A stretch of DNA of 64,000 nucleotides, taken from Candidatus Woesearchaeota archaeon (GTDB lineage: Archaea > Nanobdellota > Nanobdellia > Woesearchaeales > ARS49). How positions within the stretch are numbered: the first letter of the stretch is position 1; every line of letters begins with the position of its first letter. The notes below the pieces were generated by a model. It was not told where the DNA came from, did no database searches, and saw only the letters and a program-made list of their open reading frames with translations. The stretch lies in contig JBBILB010000004.1 in assembly GCA_037445145.1 (NCBI GenBank), positions 15,555 through 79,554 on the forward strand. The letters run 5' to 3'. Made by a program: the position numbers and the translations under genes. This document shows, one piece after another, positions 7,594-15,561 of this stretch.

Positions 7594-9363
7594 CTATTCC
7601 TCCCTGGGCATCCTGCAGATAAACCCTTCCTCTCCAATCCTGTAGTATGAATTGAGCTGCTGGCAGGCAGTGCCGTTCCAGCACTGGTCATAAGCGCAGC
7701 AACCTGAAACCGCTATGCCCTTAATTCCTGTAAGTGCAGGAGACCATTTTATGCTCTTGTTAATCATTCCAGCAAGCTCGCTCGTGAAATCCCATTTGCC
7801 GTTCGGCTGGCACACTGCGTGCGGCTTTGTGCTCTCATGAATATTGGCAAGGACTGCGCCGCAGGGGGTGACGCTGTTGTTCACAAGCACGTCATGCGGC
7901 GGCTGCCTGAACACGTCCTTGAGCTGGAGGATTGTGCTTGACTGCGGGATGCGGCAGCCAAAGAACTGGCCCTTGTAATTAATCACGCGGTCAGCGCCAA
8001 CAGGAAGGTAAGGCACAAAGTCCCCTGTCGGGATAAACACCTTGTTCCAGCAGCCGCCAAGCCCATTCGGGTATGCGGGGTCATTGTAGTATTCCTTGAT
8101 GTCATCATCCTCACTGCAGCAATAAGTCCCTGTCCAGCTGTACCCCGCAGAAGTGCAACTCGGCTCATCCTTAGAATCAAGATCTTTAGTCCAGTCGCCG
8201 TCAGAAGCGCAGTAATAAGTGTCCTCAAAAGAAGGGTTTGTCATCCCCATATCAAGACCATTGATTGATGAGAATGGCCCTGATATGCCGCCGCACTCAT
8301 AAACAGTCCTGTCAGAGCAGGAATACTCATGCGAGACCCTGCCAAAATTGACAATCCTGAACCCGCCAAAATCCTTGGTTATGCCTTCAAGCTGGCTTCC
8401 GCAGCTGAAGAATGCAGTGCCGTTTGAAACAACAGAGCCGTCAGGACAATTCATTTCATGAATTTCACCAAGTTCTGCCAAAGGCACCCACTGCCATTCA
8501 TCATTCACGTTCTTGCCGCAAATGGAATCAATTGTGGTGTTTTCAACAACAAGCTGGTATTTCGTGCATTTCTTAAAATAATTCCGCTCAGTGCATTCCT
8601 GCCTTGTGCTATGGGGAATCCTGCCAACAAACTGGCAGCTTGTGAAGTTAACACCGCAGCAATACCCATTGTACCAGTCACCGCCCTTGTCAACACAGTC
8701 CCTATAAGTTCCTTCGTTGACATCGCAAACTTGATTGTTGTTTGTGTCAGCGCAGACAAAAACCTCATCACTAGGGTTCTGTGTCTCATTGCGCACGTAA
8801 TCCCAGTCATCTGTCTCCGTGTTCTCAACCCACGCAAGCACCCCAGGAATGCCTGAATAAACCCTGAAAAGGTTTGATGCAGGAGAAACATTAACCAGTG
8901 AGCTGATTATGCCAAGCGAAAGAGGGTCAGCATCTCTTGAAACACTACCCCAAATCTCATAAGGAACCATCCTTGCTTCAAGGAATGTCATCCCTGTGCT
9001 GTGGCTGCCAATATACCCTGAATAAGTAAAGTTTTCTGCAGGCGTATTTCCAAGATACCGCTCAAAAATAAGGCCGATTCCAGAGCTTGCCTTAAATACC
9101 CAGGACGTGGTGTAAACCTTGGCGCCGCCCTGCCACAATTCAAAAATCATGCTGTTGTGGTTATGGGAATTGTGCGAAATGTGCGGAGAAAAAACAACCT
9201 TGTCAAAAGTCTTGTTCATACCAAAAAAAACATTGCCGGCAGGACAGCACATCCCGCCTGTTGTCCTGTAAACCTCAACAACCTGCACCTCAAAAGGCAT
9301 TGCAAAAACAGCACAGCTAAGCGCTATTAAGAGAATACTTAGTATTACTGCTGTTCGTTGCAT
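7594..9363 (-). CDS. Hypothetical secreted cysteine-rich protein (589 aa)
   Basis: ATG 9363 lies 6 nt after GAGGAGG. Signal peptide is MQRTAVILSILLIALSCAVFA. Recurring W-x-G-x-Y-C-C motifs (GDWYNGYCCG, YSWTGTYCCS) and SGCCAYDQCWNGTAC. First gene of the four-gene operon. Confidence 0.75.
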   Translation of the reverse strand: MQRTAVILSILLIALSCAVFAMPFEVQVVEVYRTTGGMCCPAGNVFFGMNKTFDKVVFSPHISHNSHNHNSMIFELWQGGAKVYTTSWVFKASSGIGLIFERYLGNTPAENFTYSGYIGSHSTGMTFLEARMVPYEIWGSVSRDADPLSLGIISSLVNVSPASNLFRVYSGIPGVLAWVENTETDDWDYVRNETQNPSDEVFVCADTNNNQVCDVNEGTYRDCVDKGGDWYNGYCCGVNFTSCQFVGRIPHSTRQECTERNYFKKCTKYQLVVENTTIDSICGKNVNDEWQWVPLAELGEIHEMNCPDGSVVSNGTAFFSCGSQLEGITKDFGGFRIVNFGRVSHEYSCSDRTVYECGGISGPFSSINGLDMGMTNPSFEDTYYCASDGDWTKDLDSKDEPSCTSAGYSWTGTYCCSEDDDIKEYYNDPAYPNGLGGCWNKVFIPTGDFVPYLPVGADRVINYKGQFFGCRIPQSSTILQLKDVFRQPPHDVLVNNSVTPCGAVLANIHESTKPHAVCQPNGKWDFTSELAGMINKSIKWSPALTGIKGIAVSGCCAYDQCWNGTACQQLNSYYRIGEEGFICRMPREE

Positions 9364-9434
9364 GCACAACCTCCTCTTTTAAATAGATAGGGCGCCCTTG
9401 GTTTAAAAAGCTTATCTCATATTATTACCGAAAG

Positions 9435-9444
9435 ATAAATATAA
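9435..9444 (+). promoter_or_regulatory. TATA-box-like element for the 9466 gene
   Basis: ATAAATATAA lies 22-31 nt upstream of ATG 9466. Confidence 0.4.
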
Positions 9445-9465
9445 TGAGGCTTTTTCGCAGCAGGC

Positions 9466-10035
9466 ATGAAAGAAGTTGCAATAATTCTTGTCATCCTGCT
9501 TGCTATAGCAGGAGGGCTTGCATGGTATTTTCTCCAGCCCGCTGCAATTCCTGACGCGGAAATCCGGTCGTTTGCTGATGCCTGCATTCAGGAAAGCAGC
9601 AGCTTCGCAAGATTTGTCCAGGCAGTACGTTCAAATGACCCTGCACTCTGCGCACAGCAGACGGCAGTCATGATGAAATTATGCATGGCGCGCATCAGCA
9701 AGGACTCCAGGGTCTGCGACGCTGCAGAGCCTGACATAAAGCCCGCGTGCCTGGCGCTTGCTGCTGATGACAAGGCGCAATGCCCTGCAGGCGATTTCCT
9801 GTGCAAGGCGCTGCTTGGCGACATGCAGGCATGCAGGGAAATGGATTTGGTGCGGTTTGCGTGCGAAAAGGCGCTGGCAGGAAATACAGACTATGCCGGC
9901 TCGGAAAGGATGGAAGAGGACTGCAAACAGCTTGCGGTCCACATCATTGCGCTGGAAAGCGGGGACAAGCGCAACTGCAGAAAAATCAGGAATGAAATTC
10001 TCAGGGAAGAATGCATGAGCATCCTCAAAGGCTAA
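9466..10035 (+). CDS. Hypothetical N-terminally anchored protein with Cys-pair helical repeats (189 aa)
   Basis: MKEVAIILVILLAIAGGLAWYF TM helix, then repeated C..(8-15)..C units (ALCAQQTAVMMKLCMARI, NCRKIRNEILREECM). Divergent from the Cys-rich operon. Confidence 0.6.
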   Translation: MKEVAIILVILLAIAGGLAWYFLQPAAIPDAEIRSFADACIQESSSFARFVQAVRSNDPALCAQQTAVMMKLCMARISKDSRVCDAAEPDIKPACLALAADDKAQCPAGDFLCKALLGDMQACREMDLVRFACEKALAGNTDYAGSERMEEDCKQLAVHIIALESGDKRNCRKIRNEILREECMSILKG

Positions 10036-10618
10036 AAGCAGATGCGGCCTCTGCATGATGCATTCCAAGCATTACAAAAAACGAAGCAAGGTCGTGAGGC
10101 GAGCGCATCTTCCAAGGGTCTTTTGCAAAAGAGCCAATGAGCATCCTGACCTTGTATTTTCTGCAAAGCATTATGTTCTGCATCATCCTGCCAATAAGCT
10201 GGGCTCGTTGGCTGCCTCTTGATGCGAGAATGTCTGCAAAGCTGAATCCGATAGCGACCTTGTTTTTCCTTGCAAGCGAGCAAAGCACGTGGTTAAGACC
10301 TGAGCCGCGCTGATGGATATAGTCTTTTGGCTGGGTGCTTTCAGCGCTGAACAAAACATCAGCAGAGCCCTGCTCAAGCACAACCCTGTCCTGGTCAGAA
10401 CATTTGACAAAAACAGTAACGCCTTTGATGCGGAGCTGTTTTGCCTTTTTTGGCTCAGACAGCACCGCAGTCCTGACTTTCAGCCCTGCTGGCGCAATAG
10501 GTGCTTTCTTTGCGACCTCGACAGAGGGATAAACAAGCACAAGCCCTGCATAGCCAAGCTTCTGGGCTGTGCTGAAGAATTCCTGCTCGTTTTTTTCAGG
10601 GAAAACAATGTCAATCAT
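10025..10618 (-). CDS. rnp3: RNase P protein component 3 (Rpp30 family)
   Basis: GLNHVLCSLARKNKVAIGFSFADIL..QRAQLIGRMMQNIMLCRKYKVRMLIGSFAKDPWKMRSPHDLASFFVMLGM aligns with my recollection of Pyrococcus Rpp30 ([42 protein letters not shown]). Confidence 0.75.
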   Translation of the reverse strand: MIDIVFPEKNEQEFFSTAQKLGYAGLVLVYPSVEVAKKAPIAPAGLKVRTAVLSEPKKAKQLRIKGVTVFVKCSDQDRVVLEQGSADVLFSAESTQPKDYIHQRGSGLNHVLCSLARKNKVAIGFSFADILASRGSQRAQLIGRMMQNIMLCRKYKVRMLIGSFAKDPWKMRSPHDLASFFVMLGMHHAEAASAFSL

Positions 10619-10640
10619 GAAGCAAACGACTGAAGATAGT

Positions 10641-10650
10641 TATTTAAAGA
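10641..10650 (+). promoter_or_regulatory. TATA-box-like element
   Basis: TATTTAAAGA lies 21-30 nt upstream of ATG 10671. Confidence 0.45.
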
Positions 10651-10670
10651 TTGTGCCTTAGTTGAATCCC

Positions 10671-11381
10671 ATGCAGGAACGCATACAAAAAATCCTTGCA
10701 AGGGCAGGAATTGCCTCACGGAGAAAATGCGAGGAACTGATAGCTGGAGGAAGAGTGAGCGTGAATGGCAAAACAGTCAGGCTCGGGGACAAAGCAGATG
10801 CTTCTGTTGATGACATACGCGTTGACGGCTCGCGAATTCCAAAACAGGAACCAAAAAAATATTATGCACTGAACAAGCCAAGAGGGATAGTGAGCACTGT
10901 CAGCGACCCAAAAGGCAGGCTCACAGTAATGCACTACGTCCCAGCAGGGATCAGGGTTTATCCTGTGGGAAGGCTTGACCGCGATGCAGAAGGGCTGATA
11001 GTGATGACAAATGACGGCGAACTCGCAAACAGGCTCATGCACCCGCGTTACGAAACAAAAAAAACATACCACGCAACGCTGACTGGCGAGATTGACAGGA
11101 GGGATGTGCGCAGGCTGAAAAAAGGGGTCAGGGTCGGAGGCAGACTTGTGGTGCTTGACAAGGTCGCAGTTCACACGCCTTCGCACGTCGAAATTTCTTT
11201 GCACGAGGGAAGGAAGCACATAGTAAAGCAATTGTTCAGAAAGCTCGGATACACCGTCGCAAGGCTGAAAAGGACGCAGATAGCAAACATTTCTCTGAAA
11301 GGCTTGCCTCCCGGGGCTTGCAGGAAACTAACCAAGGCCGAGCTTGCCGGGCTTCAAAGGATTTTTAGCCAAAGCAAGTAA
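10671..11381 (+). CDS. RsuA/RluB-family pseudouridine synthase with N-terminal S4 domain
   Basis: RIQKILARAGIASRRKCEELIAGGRVSVNGK (S4 domain). YYALNKPRGIVST; GRLDRDAEGLIVMTNDGELANRLMHPRYETKKTY (catalytic Asp motif). The ORF opens at TTG 10662; ATG 10671 fits the TATA spacing better. Confidence 0.9.
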   Translation: MQERIQKILARAGIASRRKCEELIAGGRVSVNGKTVRLGDKADASVDDIRVDGSRIPKQEPKKYYALNKPRGIVSTVSDPKGRLTVMHYVPAGIRVYPVGRLDRDAEGLIVMTNDGELANRLMHPRYETKKTYHATLTGEIDRRDVRRLKKGVRVGGRLVVLDKVAVHTPSHVEISLHEGRKHIVKQLFRKLGYTVARLKRTQIANISLKGLPPGACRKLTKAELAGLQRIFSQSK

Positions 11382-12221
11382 TTCGCACACCTTGCAAAAA
11401 CCCTTGCTTGAGACCTCTCCGCAGTTTTTGCACAAGGAATGGTGCTGTTTTGCTTTTTTATTGCTTTGGTTTTTCAGAAAGGTCTTGACAATATTTTCTT
11501 TGATTACGGGATTTTGTTTTTCCTGCTCGTCAAGAAAACCCCTCACGGCAAACCTGAAGCCGTCAACAGCGCAAGGGCAACGGCAGTACTTGACAGGAAA
11601 GCCCATTATTTTTGAGTAGCTGACAACCTCTTTTTCTCTGACTTCGTACAATGGCTTTACCCTTTGAACAAAAAGAGCTTCATTCAAGGAATTGCTTGCG
11701 GGTCCGAGCCTTGCATTAAGCTCAGGCATGTTCTTCAGCAGGTTCATGACAATTGATTGGGCTTCATCATCAAGAGTGTGTCCAACCGCAAGCTTTTTTG
11801 CATGGATTTCCCTTGCTTTTTTGTTAAGCAAATACCTCCTGAGCACTCCGCAAACAGTGCAGGACCTGCATTTCTTGATTTTGTCACGCAAATAACACAA
11901 TGATGCGCCAAAAACCTTCCTGAAAGATACTTCATGCAGCCTGACATTGAGCTTTTTGCAGGTTGTCCTGAGATTCTCAAGATTTTCCTGGGTGTAGCAG
12001 CCAATATGGGAGTCAATGGTTATTGCCTCAATTTTATAGCCGAGCTTTTTAAGTATGAAAAGAAGCGTTGTGCTGTCCTTTCCGCCACTGGCAGCCACGG
12101 CTATTTTGTCCTGTTTTGAAAAAAGCCGGTATTTCTTTATAGCATCCCTGACTTTTTTTTCGACAAGAGCAAGGAATTTCTCATCTGCTTTCAAGTTTTT
12201 TTCTTTCATTTTCAACATCAT
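11328..12221 (-). CDS. PP-loop ATPase, TtuA/NcsA-like tRNA 2-thiolation family
   Basis: VAASGGKDSTTLLFIL PP-loop; CRSCTVCGVLRR and CRCPC / CKNCG..CKVC cysteine motifs. It lacks the N-terminal zinc finger I recall in TtuA. The 3' end overlaps the convergent pseudouridine synthase gene by 54 nt. Confidence 0.75.
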   Translation of the reverse strand: MMLKMKEKNLKADEKFLALVEKKVRDAIKKYRLFSKQDKIAVAASGGKDSTTLLFILKKLGYKIEAITIDSHIGCYTQENLENLRTTCKKLNVRLHEVSFRKVFGASLCYLRDKIKKCRSCTVCGVLRRYLLNKKAREIHAKKLAVGHTLDDEAQSIVMNLLKNMPELNARLGPASNSLNEALFVQRVKPLYEVREKEVVSYSKIMGFPVKYCRCPCAVDGFRFAVRGFLDEQEKQNPVIKENIVKTFLKNQSNKKAKQHHSLCKNCGEVSSKGFCKVCELLALAKNPLKPGKLGLG

Positions 12222-13017
12222 TTCCGCTCATTCCTGACAATGGCCGCAAAACAACCGCATTTATCGCAATATTTCTTGCTTTTCCAAATGAATCATTAAC
12301 CACAACAGCCCCTGCTTTGTGCTTTTTGCAAATTCCATCAAGCTCCTCAATGGATTTTATGTTCCATATGACAAGCTTGTCGGGTGAAAATTTTTGCAAA
12401 AGGCTTAGGTCTGTCTTGTTAAGCACTGCTGGAATGATTTTGCACCCGCGCTTCATTGCAAGCACTGCAGCAACAACAGATGCGCTATCCTCAATAAGCG
12501 CAACAGCTGCCCCCTGGCAGCCAACAGGCATTCCGCCAGGACCCGCAACACGGTCAGTAAGGATGTAAATCACACCACAGATTATCTCAATACGGATTTC
12601 TATTGATGGGTTTTCCATTTTCACTTTTGCACTTGATGCTTTCCTTAGCATTTCGCCAAGCTTTATGCAGACATCCCTTGAACTCATCGGAAAATCCTTG
12701 TCAAGACGCTGGCAGCTTATCCTGAAAGAATCGGTTTTCAACAATTTAAAATGTGTATTTGCAGCAGAGAACGCATCCTCAATGGCTTTTCCTGCACGTA
12801 TCGCGTGCGAGAATGATGAAATCCCAAACACAGTCTTCAGGCAATTGCAGTCTTCATCTGTCTCGATAAGTATCCTGCCAAATACCCGCTTAACTTTTGA
12901 GAATTTAACATTGCTTGAGCGCAGCTTTGACTCTATGTTTTTCACAAGCGCGTTCTCAAAACACACCCTGTTTTTTCCCTTGATCCCTATCTCATCATAC
13001 CGTACAAGCACAGGCAT
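12181..13017 (-). CDS. ThiI-like THUMP-domain protein with degenerate PP-loop (278 aa)
   Basis: MPVLVRYDEIGIKGKNRVCFENALVKNI is a ThiI N-terminal ferredoxin-like/THUMP signature. After GMPVGCQGAAVAL the expected SGGxDS reads IEDSAS. The protein is shorter than canonical ThiI. Its 3' end overlaps the next gene by 41 nt. Confidence 0.7.
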   Translation of the reverse strand: MPVLVRYDEIGIKGKNRVCFENALVKNIESKLRSSNVKFSKVKRVFGRILIETDEDCNCLKTVFGISSFSHAIRAGKAIEDAFSAANTHFKLLKTDSFRISCQRLDKDFPMSSRDVCIKLGEMLRKASSAKVKMENPSIEIRIEIICGVIYILTDRVAGPGGMPVGCQGAAVALIEDSASVVAAVLAMKRGCKIIPAVLNKTDLSLLQKFSPDKLVIWNIKSIEELDGICKKHKAGAVVVNDSFGKARNIAINAVVLRPLSGMSGNDVENERKKLESR

Positions 13018-13060
13018 AACAATGTTTTTCCTCTGCAGAATTAAATACTATTGCGAAACC

Positions 13061-13070
13061 TTTTTAAATA
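13061..13070 (+). promoter_or_regulatory. TATA-box-like element for L34e
   Basis: TTTTTAAATA lies 21-30 nt upstream of ATG 13091. Confidence 0.5.
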
Positions 13071-13090
13071 CCCCTCTGGAAGGTTTGCGT

Positions 13091-13357
13091 ATGGTTGAAG
13101 GAAAAAGGCGCACACGAAAGCTTAGGAGGATTTACGTAAGGACCCCTGGCGGAAGAACCGTCGTGCATTACAAGGAAATGAGAAAGAGCAGGCAGCACTG
13201 TTCTAGCTGCGGCTCTGTGCTGCACGGCGTAAAGGCAGTGCATCCGCACGTGCTGCGCGCAATGCCAAAGAGCCAGAAAAGGCCTGAAAGGCCGTATGGC
13301 GGCGTGCTTTGTTCTCAATGCATGCGCCGCGAGATAATACAAAAAGCAAGACAATAA
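13091..13357 (+). CDS. rpl34e: 50S ribosomal protein L34e
   Basis: MVEGKRRTRKLRRIYVRTPGGRTVVHYKEMRKSRQHCSSCGSVLHGV..RPYGGVLCSQCMRREI. Only the last 88 codons of the 230-aa ORF 12665..13357 are used. Confidence 0.9.
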   Translation: MVEGKRRTRKLRRIYVRTPGGRTVVHYKEMRKSRQHCSSCGSVLHGVKAVHPHVLRAMPKSQKRPERPYGGVLCSQCMRREIIQKARQ

Positions 13358-13408
13358 AAGCTCTTGGGCCAACGGCGACGTTCCCATTAAGGAGAGCGGA
13401 GGAAGAAA

Positions 13409-13855
13409 ATGATTGATGTCGGAAGAATCTGCGTGAAAACCGCAGGAAGAGACGCAGGAATGAAGTGCGTCGTGGTTGATGTTATTGATGATAATTTTGT
13501 CCTCATAGATGGCGAAACAAGGAGAAGGAAGTGCAACATAATGCACCTTGAGCCGCTTGACAGGACCGTTGAGTTGAAAAAAGGCGCGAGCCACGCAGAA
13601 GTCGCAAAAGCGTTTGAGCAGCTGGGATATGCAGTGCGCGCTACCAAGGCAAAGCCAAGAAAAGCGCGTCCAAGAAAGGCAAGAAAGAGCAAGCTTGCAG
13701 AACAAAAGCCAGCAACAGCACAAAATACTACAAAAGTCAAAACAAAACCTGCATCTGCAAAGGAAGCTGAGCCAAAAGCACCTGCTGCAAAAACCACTCC
13801 TGAAAAGACGGCTATCAGGAAACCCGCGTCTGCTGTACAAAATAAGCCAGTGTGA
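13409..13855 (+). CDS. rpl14e: 50S ribosomal protein L14e with ~70-aa Lys/Ala/Pro-rich C-terminal tail
   Basis: MIDVGRICVKTAGRDAGMKCVVVDVIDDNFVLIDGETRRRKCNIMHLEP (KOW/L14e), preceded by GGAGGAAG SD. The tail is KAKPRKARPRKARKSKLAEQKPATAQNTTKVKTKPASAKEAEPKAPAAK. Confidence 0.9.
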   Translation: MIDVGRICVKTAGRDAGMKCVVVDVIDDNFVLIDGETRRRKCNIMHLEPLDRTVELKKGASHAEVAKAFEQLGYAVRATKAKPRKARPRKARKSKLAEQKPATAQNTTKVKTKPASAKEAEPKAPAAKTTPEKTAIRKPASAVQNKPV

Positions 13856-13908
13856 GAAGGATCAAGCATTATTGATACGGCGCTCACTGCGGTCAGATGG
13901 TCTAAAAA

Positions 13909-15561
13909 CTATGCTTTCTTCAGATGATTGAATAATTCTGTCAGGTTTATCTCTGCTGCTGCAACAGGCATTTCAAGGTTGAAGTTCGTTATTACCTGAG
14001 GATGCATTTCGCCAACAATGGCGATTGCATGGTCGGCTATCTTTACTTGAGCTACGCGGCCTGGCACAAAGCTGGAGTGCTCTGTTTCCTCAAAGGAAGC
14101 ATTAAGCCCAAGAACCCTAAACAAATACTCAATAACTTGCCTCATTTCAGTATAGTCTGCCTTTGGATGGGCTGAAACCATTGCGAGCTTTGTTATTTCG
14201 CCAACCTGGGTGGGTGTCTTTGGGTCATTTGAGAATACTGTGCCGATTGAGAAGAACTTTTGCGGATAATCCTTCATCTTGTTGACCCTCAGGACTTCCA
14301 TCATAGAAGGAAGCATCCATGCCCTTAATGCATTGTAATCAACAGTCAGGGCATTCGCCAGTTCAATGACATCTACCTTGCAATTCATTGCCTTTGCCTG
14401 CACAGCAATATTGGAAATGTGGTAAGTAATTGCTTCAAGCATGCCAAGGCCAACAAGGAAGTTGGCGATTGTTTCCTGGAAATCAGAAAAGTCATCTGCA
14501 GAACCGATTGTCGCAACCTTTGGAATTTCGGGCCTGAACTTTTCATAGCCGTAGGCAATCGCAATGTCCTCTGCAAGGTCAACAAGGTGCATTACGTCAG
14601 CCCTGTAAGCAGGAACAAGCGCATGGCCTGAGGCATAACCGTATCCCATGCGCTTAAGCAGCTTTTTGGCTTCTGCCTCCTTAAGCTCAATGCCGAGAAG
14701 CCTGCTGACTGCATCAATGTCCACCTTCATTTTTCTCGGAGACAGGTCAGGCGTCGTGACTTTTTTCCTGTACATAACATCAACGCTGAATATTTTTCCC
14801 CCCATGTCCGCAAGCGCGGTAACAATGATGTTAAGCAAAACATTCAGGGCACGTAAGTCAAAGCCAGAACACTCAATGAAGACATCCTTTGTCGTGGTCT
14901 CGACCTTTCCGGTCAGTTGGGAGTTTATGATTGGCGGAACGCTGAGCACCTGCTTTTTTGCATCAATAAAGACAGGGAACCTTGGCTGTCCCTTAAGCAA
15001 GTGCGCATACGCCCTGCCAGTCGGGTGCTGGACAAGCAACTGCGCCGCATCCATTTCCCTAGAGCTTTCCAGCGGAATGAACACAATCTCCTGCGGCTTT
15101 TTCGCGGTGTAAGTGATTGGGAACTGAATTTTTTCAAGAGGGTAAATACCAATTGCCGCTTTTTTGCGATTCCTGCAGTAAGTGACGTGCAGTTTTTCCT
15201 GCACCTGTATGATTTCGCGGATTTTTTCATCATCAAGCTTAAGCCCCTTTACAACAGCGCAGGCAGTGAAAGGCCTTACTGCGCTGACTGCCCTGTCAAC
15301 AATTACCTGATACCCGCCCTTTGCAACAGGATATCCCCTGAGCCCTGTCTTAACCCCGAGGAAAGAGCTTAGCGAGCGTGCCAAACCCTGCTCGCTGAGC
15401 CAGTCAGGCCTGTTTGGAGAAATATCAACCTCAAGTTCTGTATCAAGAACAGCATCAACAGGAGCACCCATCATTGAAAGGCGGTCTTCAATCTCCTTGT
15501 CATTGAGCTTTTTGCCTATCAAGCGCAAAAATTCCTTCTTGTTGATTGTTATTGCAGACAT
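13909..15561 (-). CDS. pheT: Phenylalanine--tRNA ligase beta subunit (archaeal type)
   Basis: 550 aa. MSAITINKKEFLRLIGKKL..VDISPNRPDWLSEQGLARSL (B3/4, B5 domains). Abuts pheS (stop/start adjacent at 15561/15562). Confidence 0.93.
   Translation of the reverse strand: MSAITINKKEFLRLIGKKLNDKEIEDRLSMMGAPVDAVLDTELEVDISPNRPDWLSEQGLARSLSSFLGVKTGLRGYPVAKGGYQVIVDRAVSAVRPFTACAVVKGLKLDDEKIREIIQVQEKLHVTYCRNRKKAAIGIYPLEKIQFPITYTAKKPQEIVFIPLESSREMDAAQLLVQHPTGRAYAHLLKGQPRFPVFIDAKKQVLSVPPIINSQLTGKVETTTKDVFIECSGFDLRALNVLLNIIVTALADMGGKIFSVDVMYRKKVTTPDLSPRKMKVDIDAVSRLLGIELKEAEAKKLLKRMGYGYASGHALVPAYRADVMHLVDLAEDIAIAYGYEKFRPEIPKVATIGSADDFSDFQETIANFLVGLGMLEAITYHISNIAVQAKAMNCKVDVIELANALTVDYNALRAWMLPSMMEVLRVNKMKDYPQKFFSIGTVFSNDPKTPTQVGEITKLAMVSAHPKADYTEMRQVIEYLFRVLGLNASFEETEHSSFVPGRVAQVKIADHAIAIVGEMHPQVITNFNLEMPVAAAEINLTELFNHLKKA

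Noticed and set aside
12665-13090. N-terminal 142 codons of the 230-aa ORF 12665..13357.
   Set aside because: This part is antisense to the well-supported ThiI-like gene and has no family resemblance. A TATA box at 13061 and the ATG at 13091 give a canonical 88-aa L34e.
13064-13887. Long minus-strand ORFs 13064..13840 (258 aa) and 13387..13887 (166 aa).
   Set aside because: They are antisense to L34e and L14e. Their Cys/Phe/Leu-rich low-complexity translations are typical of the reverse strand of Lys/Ala-rich coding sequence.
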